Shown one piece after another: positions 26,917 to 39,782 of a DNA stretch of 64,000 nt (position 1 is the first letter of the stretch; each line of letters starts with the position of its first letter). The translations under genes were made by a program, and so were the position numbers. The notes under the pieces were generated by a model that ran no database searches, was not told the DNA's origin, and saw only the letters and a program-made list of their open reading frames with translations. Origin of the DNA: Marsupella aquatica (taxonomy: Eukaryota; Plantae; Marchantiophyta); NCBI GenBank assembly GCA_973895155.1, contig OZ316898.1:1959927-2023926 (forward strand), written 5' to 3'.

Positions 26917-28349
26917 CAAAGGTCATTGGAGCTCATTTGTTTGTTAAGTAAATGAATTGAATATAAATTATAATTGAAGGATATATTACAATTTAAAAAG
27001 TCAATAAATCTATTACAAGAGGTTACTGTTTTGCTAGTTAACATGTTAATTTGCAATTGTCTGAAGTTTTTATGGTTCCTGGGTCTAACCATTTTCGCTG
27101 GTGTCACAACAAACACAAATGATCCTGTCTATTTGTATTTGTCACTGCAAATATGATCGTTCGTGCAACCACAAGACATATATTTTGGAAGAAACTTCTC
27201 ATGGGGTCCATCAATTATAGAAGTCATAAGGAGGATGAAAATCAAAGTGAAACCGAATCACATTTTCCCTCAGTTCACAAAAATGTCTAGAGATTTGGAA
27301 CCACCCTCTTTGGTGAAACAGTGGTGAACACCCAAGGACTGTACTGCCTGTACCCTCCAATTGAAAGCTTCGTGCCATCACGGTTTGTGCAGTCCTTATC
27401 CAGGAAAGGACTCATTTATTGCTTCACATTCAAGTAAATAACGGTGGGCAAAGTACTAATTTCTTGGTTTAATTGCATAGTTTTAAAAAATAATCTATGC
27501 ATCGAAAACTAGTATTTAGATCGGATGATTAGAATACTGCTAAATCTAGATAACAAAATTCCTGGAGATTTCCACAAGTACCCCAATTTATTTGTTCAGT
27601 GGGACCCAAAATCTTACTAAATGAATATTTATTTGCCGAATGGGAAATGGCGCCACTGTAGTGCACATGAGCACGAACTCTTGTGATCAGACGAAAACCA
27701 TTAAAGAGATCATAATGCAGAGACCAATCAGACGAGGTGGTCCGAGAGCCATCACATCAAGTGCAAACAGCAGCGAATCCACACACGAAGCCATTCGAAA
27801 TCCTGCAATTTCTCGATGAAGAGACATTGCATTGTGCGATATATTGTGTGACAAGGTGTGACAAGGTGTGGCAAGCCTTTTTAGTGAGCTAATGAGGCAT
27901 TAAACAGTGAGAGTGAGCAGTGTATGACGGGTCAAGAGGTGAGTGAGTGACGAGGTGGGAGCAGAAATTTGCTGTGTGCCACTAGAATGCTGTGAAACCC
28001 GCCTTGTTTATCATCTGTTTATCATCGCCCTGATTGGCCGTTTGGTGGGGGTGATCTTGCATGATTGTGGTGGTCAAGAAGCTCTCGTTCCCGCGAGGAG
28101 AGAGCAGTTGTTGAGCTCGATGGACGCCAGGTGTTGAACCAGGCAAGGAGCATGTGCTGCAGCAGCTGAAAGTGGAACTGGGTTTTAGAAAGCAGTACTG
28201 TAGTACAGAGAGAGGGAGAGAGGAAGCGGCCGAAGTGGTAGAGTGCAGGAAATAATAGAGAAGGGGCCCAATTTATTGTTGGATAGTGGAGAGTGCTTTG
28301 AACTCGAGTTTTTATTGTGGGTGTTGCTAGCCTTTTGTGGAATCCATCC

Positions 28350-30634
28350 ATGGCACTGGTTGGAAGTCTACTCCCTTTGGCTTGCTCGTCTGCTCTTCTG
28401 GGCAATGCTCCCACATCGTCAGCCGGAGTGTCAGGCAGTGCCTCGTTGAGTGAATTCTCGGTTACCATGAGTGTGGTGCCCATCTGCTACCAGCCCAGCG
28501 GCTTGCTCTTCAGAGTAGCTGCTGCAGGGAACAAGGGCGCAGGGGAGCGATTGGGAGGTTTAAGCAGGAGCAGAAATCAGCTGGGCAGATGGAGCACGGT
28601 AATCCAGAGGTCGAATGTTCTAGACAAGGGGAGGAGGGGGAATGGTATCCATGCGAATTACGGAATAAAAGAGTATGGGACGCCTTTGCCACCGTATGAT
28701 GCCCCTCCACAAGTGAAGCAGAGCCCCAAGGCGAAACCCTCATCTGGAAATGGGGATGTGCCGAAATTTTGGGACTACGGCACTCCGACTGCTTCCAGAC
28801 CTTACACGAGCCCTAATGGCTACGGTGCCCCAAAGAATTATGGGATTCCTGCTTACAGTGCGCAAACTGCTAGAGTAGCAGCTGTGGAGGCAGTTGAGCC
28901 TCCTCAAGGGCTGGTCCTGGAGGTGGTTAACGCGGAGCCGAGAGAGCAAGAGCCTGAGCTTGGAGGCGGGGACGGAGGTCCAGGGAAGGACGGAGGAAGG
29001 GGAGGCGGTGGAGGAGGTGGTGACGGATCTGGTGAAGGAGAGGAGAGCGAACCTAAGAAGCCAATGTCTACATCACAGAAGCTAACGTTGGTCTATGCTG
29101 CCCTTGTTGGAGGTGAGTACACGCTCTCACAACTGTACAGATTCACGAAAATTGTGGAAATGAGGTCTTTGAAGAAAAATTGGGTACGCGGCTGTCATAG
29201 CTGCGAGAGAGTGAGTCTCACATTCGGTAACATGAATGGGTTTCGTGTCGTTGAGGGTCACAGTGAGGGCCTCCTGTCCGCTTTTGTCGCTCAGGCCTGC
29301 TGAGTGATGGAAGTGAATTCATTCATTCATTCATCTATGGAGGCTATGGCTCGAAGGCTACAACATGTGCTGCACAATCAGTGCCTTTGTGTTCTTCTGA
29401 GGAGGCATTGTCATCCTAAGTTGTCGCATTTGTCTTTCAATTTGGGATGAGTCTCCCTGACCCTGGGCTTCCTTCGACTGAATCTTGAACTAGATTTTAC
29501 ATTCCCCGGTGTTGACCAGATGTATCACTTTTATGATGTCGATGGGCTTTGGATGAAATTGTACTGGATGTGCATTTCAAAAACCTAAGCTGTTCTCTAA
29601 CTATGTCTAATGGACATGACCTCCGTCTAAAGTCCGTCTGTTTTCGTCCTACAGTTGATTTGGTGGTACGGAAGGTTTTCCTCCCAGTTAATACTGCTGT
29701 CCACCTACTGGTTTCTTGCTGGTCATCCACTTTGCTACCAACTCGCCATCCACTTTTTACTGCAGAGTGTCGATGGACGTGAAATTTGAATCATACGCAA
29801 TTTTGGTCTATGTTGATGAACATCGGTCTGGCATTTTTCCGTGTGCAGTGGGCGGCCTGATTGGATTTGCCAAATCTGGGAGCAACAAGTCCTTACTCGC
29901 AGGAGGTGGAGCAGCTCTGGCACTTTTCCTGGTGTTCACGCAGCTGCCGACCCACCCTGCTATGGCTTCCTCTTTAGGCCTCGGTGAGTAGATCTTTCGC
30001 GGACCTCGTAGCACAAAAGTCCTAGCGTATTGTCGCACAATCCATGTAGTTTGGTTTAACCTGTGCCGATGATGAGGAGGATTTGTACTCGATCAGCATC
30101 TTCTCTCGTAAGAACAAAATGTTTTCCTGAAAGGCTGAAGAAGGTCCAGAAACGATGGAGACGAGACCTCACTGGTATTCTAAGGGGGTTTCAGTCCACG
30201 ACTTAAAACCAAGAAAGCACTTCGGGACGACGTTGGAAGACCCAGATTTTCAACCACAGCTGTGGCCAAACCTTTGCTTGAAAGTGAATCAAACTGTGTT
30301 GCGGGGAACGTATTCATTTTTCTCTGACCTTTTATGTTTTGAATCCTTGCTACTGATGCTAGCTACCATCAGCGTTGCAAAGTCTTCTCCCACGAAACTT
30401 TGAGGAAGCCAATACTTCATTGATAGCTTGGTATGAAGAGACAAAGGAGAACGAACCCCTAACCGTGAGATGATTATTGTTTTGGTTCTTGCAGGAATCT
30501 CAGCAGTCCTTCTGGGAGTTATGTATCCACGGTTCAAGAAATCAGGGAAATTCATGCCATCCGGTTTCGTGGCTCTTGTCTCCTTGATCATGACAGGAGG
30601 CTACTTGCATGGCATTGTGAGAACGGCTCACTGA
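28350..30634 (+). CDS. FAX2: Plastid FATTY ACID EXPORT protein (TMEM14 family, FAX2/FAX3-type), 3 exons
   Basis: Exons 28350-29112, 29849-29983 and 30495-30634. The protein has a Ser-rich transit-peptide-like N-terminus and a Gly-rich linker, then MSTSQKLTLVYAALVG, GGLIGFAKSGSNKSLLAGG and FKKSGKFMPSGFVALVSLIMTGGYLHGIVRTAH*. An alternative ATG is at 28467. Confidence 0.88.
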
Positions 30635-32709
30635 GGTATCCTTGAATGGCTGGCGGCTTTGATCATGACAAGAGACTATGGAATCGTGAGAACGGGTCGA
30701 CAACGTCACCCTGGAATTTCAATAGAGGGATGTAGAGGCCAAAATCTCTTCTACATCCCCATAGACAGCTGAAGGACAGTTTGCATTGAACAAATGCTTG
30801 AAAGCACCCACCCAGGGAATCTTGCTTCAATGGGAAGTCTGCTGCAGTTCATGTCCGATTAATTGCCTCCCAGTCCAGATTGGATTTGAGTTGGTCCATG
30901 TCACGGCAAATTTTCAAAATGTACACAACGGTGCTTACGGTGAAACTGTATTGGCCTATGAATTTGTTGACATCACTGCAGGGCTTGTCTGATACTTTTA
31001 TAGCTTAGTTCTTGCTCAGTCATGGGTCGCAAAGAAGTCATAATGTAATTCTATCCAGAAATGAGTCGAATGGACTTTAAGAGGATAGGAATCCATAAAT
31101 GAGGTGAGAAGTTGTTGGGTAAGCTTGAGAATAACGAGGTACAAAGTTTTAATCTACTGTGGCATACTGGTTGAGATGTTCTGGACATGAATCTGTTGCT
31201 ATTGGTTTGTGACAATGTCCCCTTTGACACTTGGTCCAAAAGGATATGTTCGTCGTGCATTGTCTACCCTGTTTATGTTATTCAGAGTCTCTACTGCAAT
31301 GACATCTATGTTGGCAGAATCTTTTCTAATTGATGATTGGACATTGTAATTTATGTCCGTGGGTACCGGATGCTCAAAGCACAAATCCATAACCAACACA
31401 TATGTTTGTCATGACTAATCAGAAACCTTTGACAGACCTTTGTAAAGGTCGGTCTTCTTCAGACGTCCATCAGGTTTGAAATTGTTAATTATGGCTGGTC
31501 ACAGAATGCTCTGGATCTCCGTGATCAAAGTCTAGCCACCTTATATCTCTTGGTTTGATGCTGCCCTCTGGTGTCATCTCCTGCAACGGTTTTCTACTTC
31601 CAGAAATCGTGGAAGTAGGAGGTCCAAAATGGTTTGGACACACTGTTCTACGAGTGCAGTCGTCACCCCTCTTGGTGATTCCCTATCCGTCATAGTCCGA
31701 TTAATCTGAAGTTTTGGCTTGGGTGATGAATGTGAATGTAGAATTTACAATATATAATGGCAACATCTGATCAGGAACAATCAATTATACCCAGACCCCT
31801 CGGCACACTTTTTTCACTTTGATCAGGCGGTATCACTCATCAATAAAGCTAAACAACGTGATCTTTTGTTTGTTATTAGCAACTTCTGGAGCTACTTACA
31901 GTGATAGCAATAGCTTCTCGAGTTTCCTATTTGCCATCCGATGCCCTGCTCGTTTCTGGCCTTCCAATTGTCATCTAGATTTGCAAACTAACTTTTCAAG
32001 GCGCAAAACCACGCCTGCCTCTCTGTGGCGTCAATTGGATCGCGCTTTAACGGTTTATTGCCGAGTAAAGTTTTCTGTTGGAGAGGAAAAGGTTTCTCGA
32101 GCTCAGCTGCACCTCAGAAAGCCATCACACAGGTTTATTGCTGCGTAAAGTGTTCTGTTCCGGACGACGAAGTTGCTCGAGCTGAGCCTCAGAAAACTTC
32201 AGACGTTACTAGTTACTCCCACCACGGCTTTGTATGACACCTTTCTTCGTCGTGGGACGTGTAGAGCTGATGTCCATACAGTGTAAACCAGTCGCCGTTG
32301 ACGGATGGCTTACACTCTTGAGTAACTTACACACTAGGGCCTCCCCAGTAACTGCAGCGTCGATCTGACCGTTCTGAAGGTGCACCCACTCGAACACACG
32401 ATCCTGACCGTAGATTCAGTCTGTAATTCTACCGCATCCTCTAGTAACTGGTAGATAATGTCAAAAGGCGACGAAGAGAAACTTCTCGAACAAGCTTTAA
32501 ACGGCTCTCGGGGACCCGCGCGGACCATCGGTCTGAGTCAGGATCCTTCGGGTATACATCGGTATCGTCTTTTATTTTCCGGATAACTATCCGCCAAAGG
32601 TCTTTTACACCCAGGATATTGCTCGACCTTCGAGTTCTCGCAATGTCTACAGTGTGTCGGTTCGTTCGGCTCTTTCGCTGTTTCAGGTTTCTTTACGCTT
32701 TCGAGAATT

Positions 32710-33010
32710 AATCCGTCGAAGAGCAATTCGTTCCAGTTTCCTAATTTTCTCGTGTTGCTGCCGCTGTCTTGACATCGATCCGTCATTCGTTCGAGTTTCC
32801 GCATTGTTCCTGTTGTTTCACTGAAAAGATCTCCAGTGAAAACGGTCCGATCTCAGGTCTTCCTCAGATCGCTCCGTCGTAAAGCAATTCGTTCCAGTTT
32901 CTTAATTTTCTCGTGTTGCTGCCGCTGGCTTGACATCGATCCGTCAGTCGTTCGAGTTTCCGCATTATTCCTGTTGTCTCGCTGAACAGATCTGCAGTGA
33001 AAAAGGTTTC
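32710..33010 (+). repeat. ~160-bp tandem duplication (2 copies)
   Basis: tccgtcg..gcaattcgttccagtttc.taattttctcgtgttgctgccgctg... occurs at about 32712 and 32873. Confidence 0.8.
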
Positions 33011-33826
33011 GGGTAGCAGCTCGCTATCGCTCGAGGAATCGAGCGATCGAGCGAGCAAGCAATCGAGCAAAGTGAGGTTTGGAATTCGGGTTGATCGCTC
33101 GAGCTTCCGCAGTCCTGTTGTGTTGCTGCCGCGAAGAAAAAACTTCTAACAAAAAGTATTCGGGCAGCTTCTCGCCTTCGCCTTAGGAATTGCGATCGAG
33201 CGCGCCACGAACCGAGCAAGCGAGGTTTGGAATTCCCGTTGGTTTGAAGTTGATGTGTGCAGGTGGATCGCTGCTGCTCTACTAGCTTATAGGTGAACCG
33301 TATACCATTACAAAAGGCAAGCTAGGAAGAGAGAGGTCTGTTGTTGTTTCTTCTCCTTTTCTTGGCTGGTGAAGGAGTCTTACTGGTGTGTTGTGTGTTT
33401 CGATAGCTCGGTAGTGTCCTTGCTGTATGCGTGCATTTCAGGGAGCACTCTTACCACTTTTCAATTTTCGTCGCGTTTGCTCGGTACTTCCTTCTTAGCC
33501 AATTCTCTGTTTAGCGTGCGTACTGCGATCGATGACATTTGAACTCAATAAATTGTTCACTCCTCGCTTTGGTCCTGAATTGCAATATTAGGCTGTAGTT
33601 GGCGGATAGTTCATACGCGGACTTCCCTGCTTAGGCTTCTTGTTGTGATTGATACGATTTAACGGCAGATCCTGGAAAGGTTGGTTTGCTTTTTATGAGC
33701 TTATTGTAAGCAGAGCAGAGCAGAGCCGCAATCCTGGTTTGTCAATTCTGACGCGTTCTGCTTCTCAATTTCAAAGCTGCTTCCTGGTGCTGTCTGACCT
33801 ACGGCGTTCAGAAGTAATTTGTGCCA

Positions 33827-34507
33827 ATGAATTCCACAGGGCGAGCCGTAGGTGAACAGTTGTCTACGGCCCAACCTGAAAATCTTCTAGCCATATCACA
33901 GCCAACAATTGTGACCCGTCGCGACAATAGTGTTCAGCCAGAAGGTCTGCGAACGATATCACAACCAACAACGGTAAGCGACAGAAACAAAATCCCGGCG
34001 AAGAATACATCAACCGTTAATGTACCAAGCAGGGGTAAGGGTTATGCAGGTGTAGCTTTAGATGCTTCACAGAATTTGGCAATGCCTGAAGACTGCGTCT
34101 CAATATTGAAGAACTTGAAGTCAATTTCTAGCCAAGATGTAGCCGCAGTGCACGTAGTGGCATCGAAAGTGTTGCATGAGAAACAACGTACCTCCGAGGG
34201 GGCCTTCTGCGGAGGCGAGGGTGCTGCTGAGAGCGCATCCTGTCCTTCGCCGGCCAGATCTGCCATGGGAGGGCTGGGGCTGTCTTGCTGTGATGATGGT
34301 GCTGGTGCGGAAAGTCCTCCGTCAGCTAGATTGTTCTCGGATTCGGAAAACGAGAACCCTGCACGAATTCGCAGGGATGAGTTCTCACGCCATTCGCTCG
34401 ACTCGATTCCTACTCCTCGGGCTCCAATAAAGCCCACACGTGTGAAAAGCCTGAACACGTTGTTCCCCGGCAAGACTCGCCGCAGGCTCGACTTCGATCA
34501 TCTCTAA
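33827..34507 (+). CDS. Hypothetical disordered protein with a C-terminal TPxAPxKP...RRRLDF motif (possibly CDK-inhibitor/SMR-like)
   Basis: A 226-codon ORF from ATG 33827. It is Ser/Pro-rich with SP/TP sites and ends in an RxLxF cyclin-docking-like motif. Confidence 0.5.
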   Translation: MNSTGRAVGEQLSTAQPENLLAISQPTIVTRRDNSVQPEGLRTISQPTTVSDRNKIPAKNTSTVNVPSRGKGYAGVALDASQNLAMPEDCVSILKNLKSISSQDVAAVHVVASKVLHEKQRTSEGAFCGGEGAAESASCPSPARSAMGGLGLSCCDDGAGAESPPSARLFSDSENENPARIRRDEFSRHSLDSIPTPRAPIKPTRVKSLNTLFPGKTRRRLDFDHL

Positions 34508-36591
34508 TCAAACATCAAGAGGCTTAGCTACCTATCAAAATTCTGCGTCCATAATCTGCCATCTCTTCCACAGAAGAACTCCTCTCTCGTCCAAAGAAGG
34601 GAATGATTGCCTATTGCTCAACTCGATCGTCAGACTGAATCGAATTGGACCACCTCACGTAGTCCTAAGCTTGCGATTTTCACCGAATGGACTCGGAGAA
34701 TCAGATCCTAGCTGCCTGCTGCTGCACTTCTTGCACCTCTCGTCGAAATCGAAGTTTGATTGAGCGCAATATTCCTCTGCCCTATCGCCAGTTCAAGCAA
34801 GGGACGAAGAGGGCAAGTTATTCTGATCAACCTTTGTGAATCATATATGGGGACTTCGATACTTCTGATAACTTCATAATGTGCCATTTTATTGATTTTC
34901 GTTTTCTCTCTTCAAGGGTATGCAATTGTGGTTTTGAACGCATATTGTCTGTCGCCGGGCCGAGCCACCAGCAATGAATCCCTCACATCACGCCTCAGTT
35001 TGAAGCCGGATCATGAGTTTGTTCTGTTTCATGAAGCGTGAGTCAGTCCGTTTAGTATTTTCACCGTCCATGCTGTTTTGGTTGACCGGAGCTTAGGTTC
35101 ATACCTGGTTATCTAAAATTGCTCTAATCGCAGCTATTCATGCTGTGGTTGTTGTGATATTGCATTTTGTGGAAGACGATTGTATGTGGAGCTGTGCGAA
35201 CTGCAAGCAAGCAATCATCATCATCTAACCGGCCGACCAACAATACTTGCTGCGAGACGCACCCGTGTTCAGATTCAGCACTACTCCAATACTTACAGAG
35301 GATGCGCATGACAGGCTTACCCCTTATGAACCAGCTGCAAATGAGGTCGATGTTCGGGTATATGGGAGCTTTAATTTATCATGGTGCATCGGATTGGAAC
35401 CGTGAAGCTCCTATATGTCACCTTGAATCGGATCGGAGGCTGGGACTATTTCACGACATAAAGGACCGTCACTACTGTCTTGCGGAATATTTTGAGCGGA
35501 GCAGTCGAGTTACGACAATTTATGTCTCTCAATGCCTGTCTTAATGAGTGTCGGAACGCTTCATCACAAGTTCGGGTACCCGCTGTAGAGTCTGTACTAC
35601 CTATATTCTATCCCTTACGAAGAAGCTTCATCTGGCCTAAGAGTAATCATCATATATCTACGGTACTTGTTAGATATCCTTTGTAAATATGTGTTATGTA
35701 CTGAGCAATGTATAGTCAGTATGACAGTAACTTCAGGGTTCTTGCTAAAGACGTTGTGTAAAACTTTTTCATGCTCTGACCAATTTAATACATCAGTAGA
35801 GAGTATGACGATAGGTCAGTTGTGTATGGCGACCATAGGGCTATGAGAACAATCTGAGATAGTGGGAAGTTGTTAGGACTTTAGTACACCCTGTGAGGCT
35901 GCTGATCTACAGGACGATGATTCATTGGAATCATGAAGCAGTTGATGGACGCTAGAGACACACGTTGTTCCTTGATTCTGTGCTCGTCTGTCCGCGTGTA
36001 TATAGAGACATGTATATTTAGAAATCGTAATTGAAATGCAAGCATTCTTCTCAACTCATTTTGAGGTATTTCTTTGACGATTGCGGATGTCTATTAGTCG
36101 TGTATTTGCGTGCAATTGCAAGTTATGCATGCCGTTATTTGCCTGACTCAGTGTTACTTCTGTTTGCTATAACAGATCAAAACTTTCCTGAAAACATGGA
36201 CGGGCCCTCTTTCCCTCTTTCCCTCTTTCGTAAAAACAAACCTGCGCAAACTAATCAGATAAACAATTCACTTACTTCCACTCCGTAAGAAGTTCTTCAA
36301 AATCAGATATCCTTCTCTTTCAGTGCATCAGGTCACAGGATGCACGCTGAATTGTATGGCCCTCAATCAAGGGTAGATGTATTTCTATGCGAACGTAAAT
36401 GCAACGCATGACCAGCATGTAACTAAACTGAAATGCATCTTCTTGGCTAGAGATTTGATGATGAAAGATTTGTTTCACTGGATAGCTCGGTTTATGCACA
36501 GCATGCAGATAGCCCAATAACAAATTTGTAGTCTTCTTAGCCGAAGGCGGACTGGGAGGTAAGTCCTTGGAACTTGTCAGAGTCTCCCCAG

Positions 36592-37862
36592 TTACATGGA
36601 GCTGTTATAAGTTTCAGATCCAACAGTGCCTATAAGCAACCATAGATGAAATGTGGCAGTTCGTACTTGCTCACCCCAAGCATCGGATACCATTTTCCTG
36701 ATGTCATCGCTGACCAGATCAACTCCCTGGTCGAGGGCAGTTTGCACAGCAGAAAAGGACCTCCAGAAGTTCATGAAGTCATCTAGTGACCACTGCTTGG
36801 GCACGTCCACAGTATGAGGCCCAATACCGTCCTCTCGAGCAGCTTCGAATGAAAATGGGATTGTTCTGTAGCCTTCTTCGACGTATTTTATCGGTGGAGC
36901 CCAATATGGTCCGGACATCCTGTACATTGCATGGATGACTCTGTCCACCTCTGGGTTGACGGTTGGAATTCCATAACACCAAGCAGCGATTACTCCTCCG
37001 GGCTTTCTAAGCACATGTTTCACGATTGAGTAGAATTTGTCGAGATCGAACCAATGCATGGCCTGAGCCACGGTCACCAAGTCCACGGACCCTTCCCCTC
37101 CCACGACACGTTCCAATTCCTCCATTGATGATGGGGTAGATGACATTTTGCTATATGTGACCTTTGGGTGCTGGACAGAGAACGATAGCTGCTCCTCGCT
37201 CAAGTCTGTAGCCACCACCGATTCGTAGTGCTCGGCCAGCTGCACACAGACATCGAAGGTGTGGTCAGCTGGATCAACTGATGTATGCCTTTCTCTCGCA
37301 AAGTTAATGCAGACAGGAGTGAGACGACGTTCTTCAAGTGGAGATTCTGCCCATGTTCTAGCTCAGTGCAGGTTGTTTAAATTCCTCTACTCTGTTTCAT
37401 CTGCAACATGGTTTCTGACGATCCCTGTTAAAATCTTCTGATTCAGACGTTGCAACTCTGGACAGAACTTTTGCTTTCTTGTAGCTCATCAGTTACCCCT
37501 TCTTCCATCTTCAATGATTTCAGATGTGAAACTCTCTTGCTCTCTCGAGTATGCATCGCGCAGGACTACCCGGATGAAAAGGCACAAGACCCAATCTATG
37601 CTCTAGTAAAAATGACCCCCCAAAACAACCAGAGTTATGACTAGCTACCTCATCTGGAGAACCTATTGCATCTCGCAACGAGAGGAGGGGGGAGACAGGA
37701 GAGTTGAGTTACCATAGCTGCAGCTTGGCCATTGCCAGTACCAACATCCCATGCGTGCTGATGCTGGTGCGTCAAATCGGCAAGCATTTGAAACATAGAA
37801 GCAGGGTATGTGGGCCTGATTCGCGCATACGTGCTTGCTTGCTTCCCGAACAGCGACGCCAT
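36592..37862 (-). CDS. Class I SAM-dependent methyltransferase (Methyltransf_11, embryo-abundant-protein type), 2 exons
   Basis: Exons 37862-37713 and 37239-36592. Motifs: MASLFGKQASTYARIRPTYP, AWDVGTGNGQAA, SVDLVTVAQAMHWFD and VLRKPGGVIAAWCY. Confidence 0.92.
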
Positions 37863-39782
37863 AGTGCGAGAACTGTGTACACTATGCCTGTCCCCCTATT
37901 TCGTTTGCTCTTGACGACATGAATTTCAATCTCTCACCCTGTTAGAGGCCCTTGCGAAGTGCACAGAAGGTGTCGGCAAATTCCCAATTCCTCTAGTGCT
38001 CTCTGTTCTTCATCTTGATTCTCTGGGAATGTGTTCCCGTTTTAGCAGGGTCTTATTCTTTTCGTCTAAAGTGATCTTATTCGGCAGCCGGTCCAAGTGC
38101 AGCCGGTCCCAGCACGTCCACCATGAGACCCTCTCTCCGTCAGGTTCTGAGGCTGTACTACTTTAGACTGATAGTATCCTTGTTATCACGGAACCACTCT
38201 TTGAGACCCCGCCGGCCAGCTTCTTACCTGGTTTCTGGCTTCACCAGTCCCGGCACACTGACCTTCGGTCCCCCTGGGTGGATGCTCCTCTTTGGTGGCC
38301 CCCTTTTTGTATGCTGACTGAATGAATGGAATTCTTTGGTTTTTTCGAGGCATAAAGTTACGATCTTATTAAGGACAAAGATTGTGGGCCAAGTGGTGCA
38401 TATTTCAGGGCTCTCTACTCGAATTAAAAAACAAAAGTATCAATGTGAGTAAAACATGTCCTTGCAATAAAACAATTGGGAAAGTAATACCCTGATGACA
38501 CGAAAGGAATGCCCTGATGGCAAGGCAAGTTGTCTATGGGAACTAGGTTGGTTCAAAAATTACTAATAACTAAATGCATTCTGGTGCCTGGTGCAGAAAA
38601 TGGATGTTGCGCACATGTGCATTGGCACCACTTTCTGTTACTGTGATTTTTCTGTTACTCTGATCGATCAGAATCGAGTGAATAAAGGAAACCAAAACAT
38701 TACACACATCAATGGATTGAGGAGAAATTGTGTACAGATTGACATCTTTCTGTCGACTTGAGGTAAACATTAAAGAAACCTCACACTGTGGGGGAGGGAA
38801 AGATTTTACTAAAGTCCTCTCATTACCGCATGCCACCAACGAGACATTTCCATCTCAAAAGAAAGCTGCTAAACAGAAAGCCCAGAACTCTTAAAGACAA
38901 CCACACGTGGTGAGTACACAGACTTACACTCGCTGCATTTTACATAAATTAACTGTCAACTAGAAACCTTAACAAAAGATAGCAGTCCATCAGAGAGAAA
39001 CGACAGAGCATTCTGTCACACTTACCTCACACAACATGTAACCAGTGCGATCTGGACATCAGAAAACTCCTGAACGATCAGAGAGAAACCACAGAGAATT
39101 CTCTCACACTTACCTTACACAACAAGTAAACAGTACCATCTGGGCATCTGGAAACTCCTGAACCTCAACAGTTGTCTTCCAGATACATCTGATCTGACCA
39201 TCGTCATCTTCCAGATACATCTGATCCTTCTCAATCAGATGTCATCAGATGACTGATTGAGAAGGATCGTCATGTCAATCAATCGACTCCATGCAATCAA
39301 TTGCCATGTCTATCGTGGGACCTCTTCAGATGCATGGAGAGTTTACCTCGTGTACTTTCTCAATTGTTACGTGTTAATTCTGGACATATGTATGACCGCC
39401 TGGTGGGCCAAAGAAAACAGCAAAGCTCTCCATTTTGTTGTGTGGTGTTGAATTTCCGTTCGTGGGGTGCGTTCGATATTTTGGAACAAAATTGTTTGTC
39501 TGATTGGAATCCGGTTGTGGACAGTCACCTCTTCAGATGCATCAGTTGTTGCACACTCGTACTTATCAAGATGCAGATGCAGGAGATGCATGGAGTCGAT
39601 TGAGAAGGTCAGTTTTCCACCATGCTGCCACTCGGAATTGCAGATGAAACTGTGAATTCCGTGATGCTTAAACCCGTGTTTTATTGCGTGGTCAAAAATG
39701 AGAAGATTTCTAGCTATGCAGTTAAGTTACCAGCAGTGCTGGTAACATTGAGCGGGATTCCGGAGGTATAGCGTAGAGTTTT

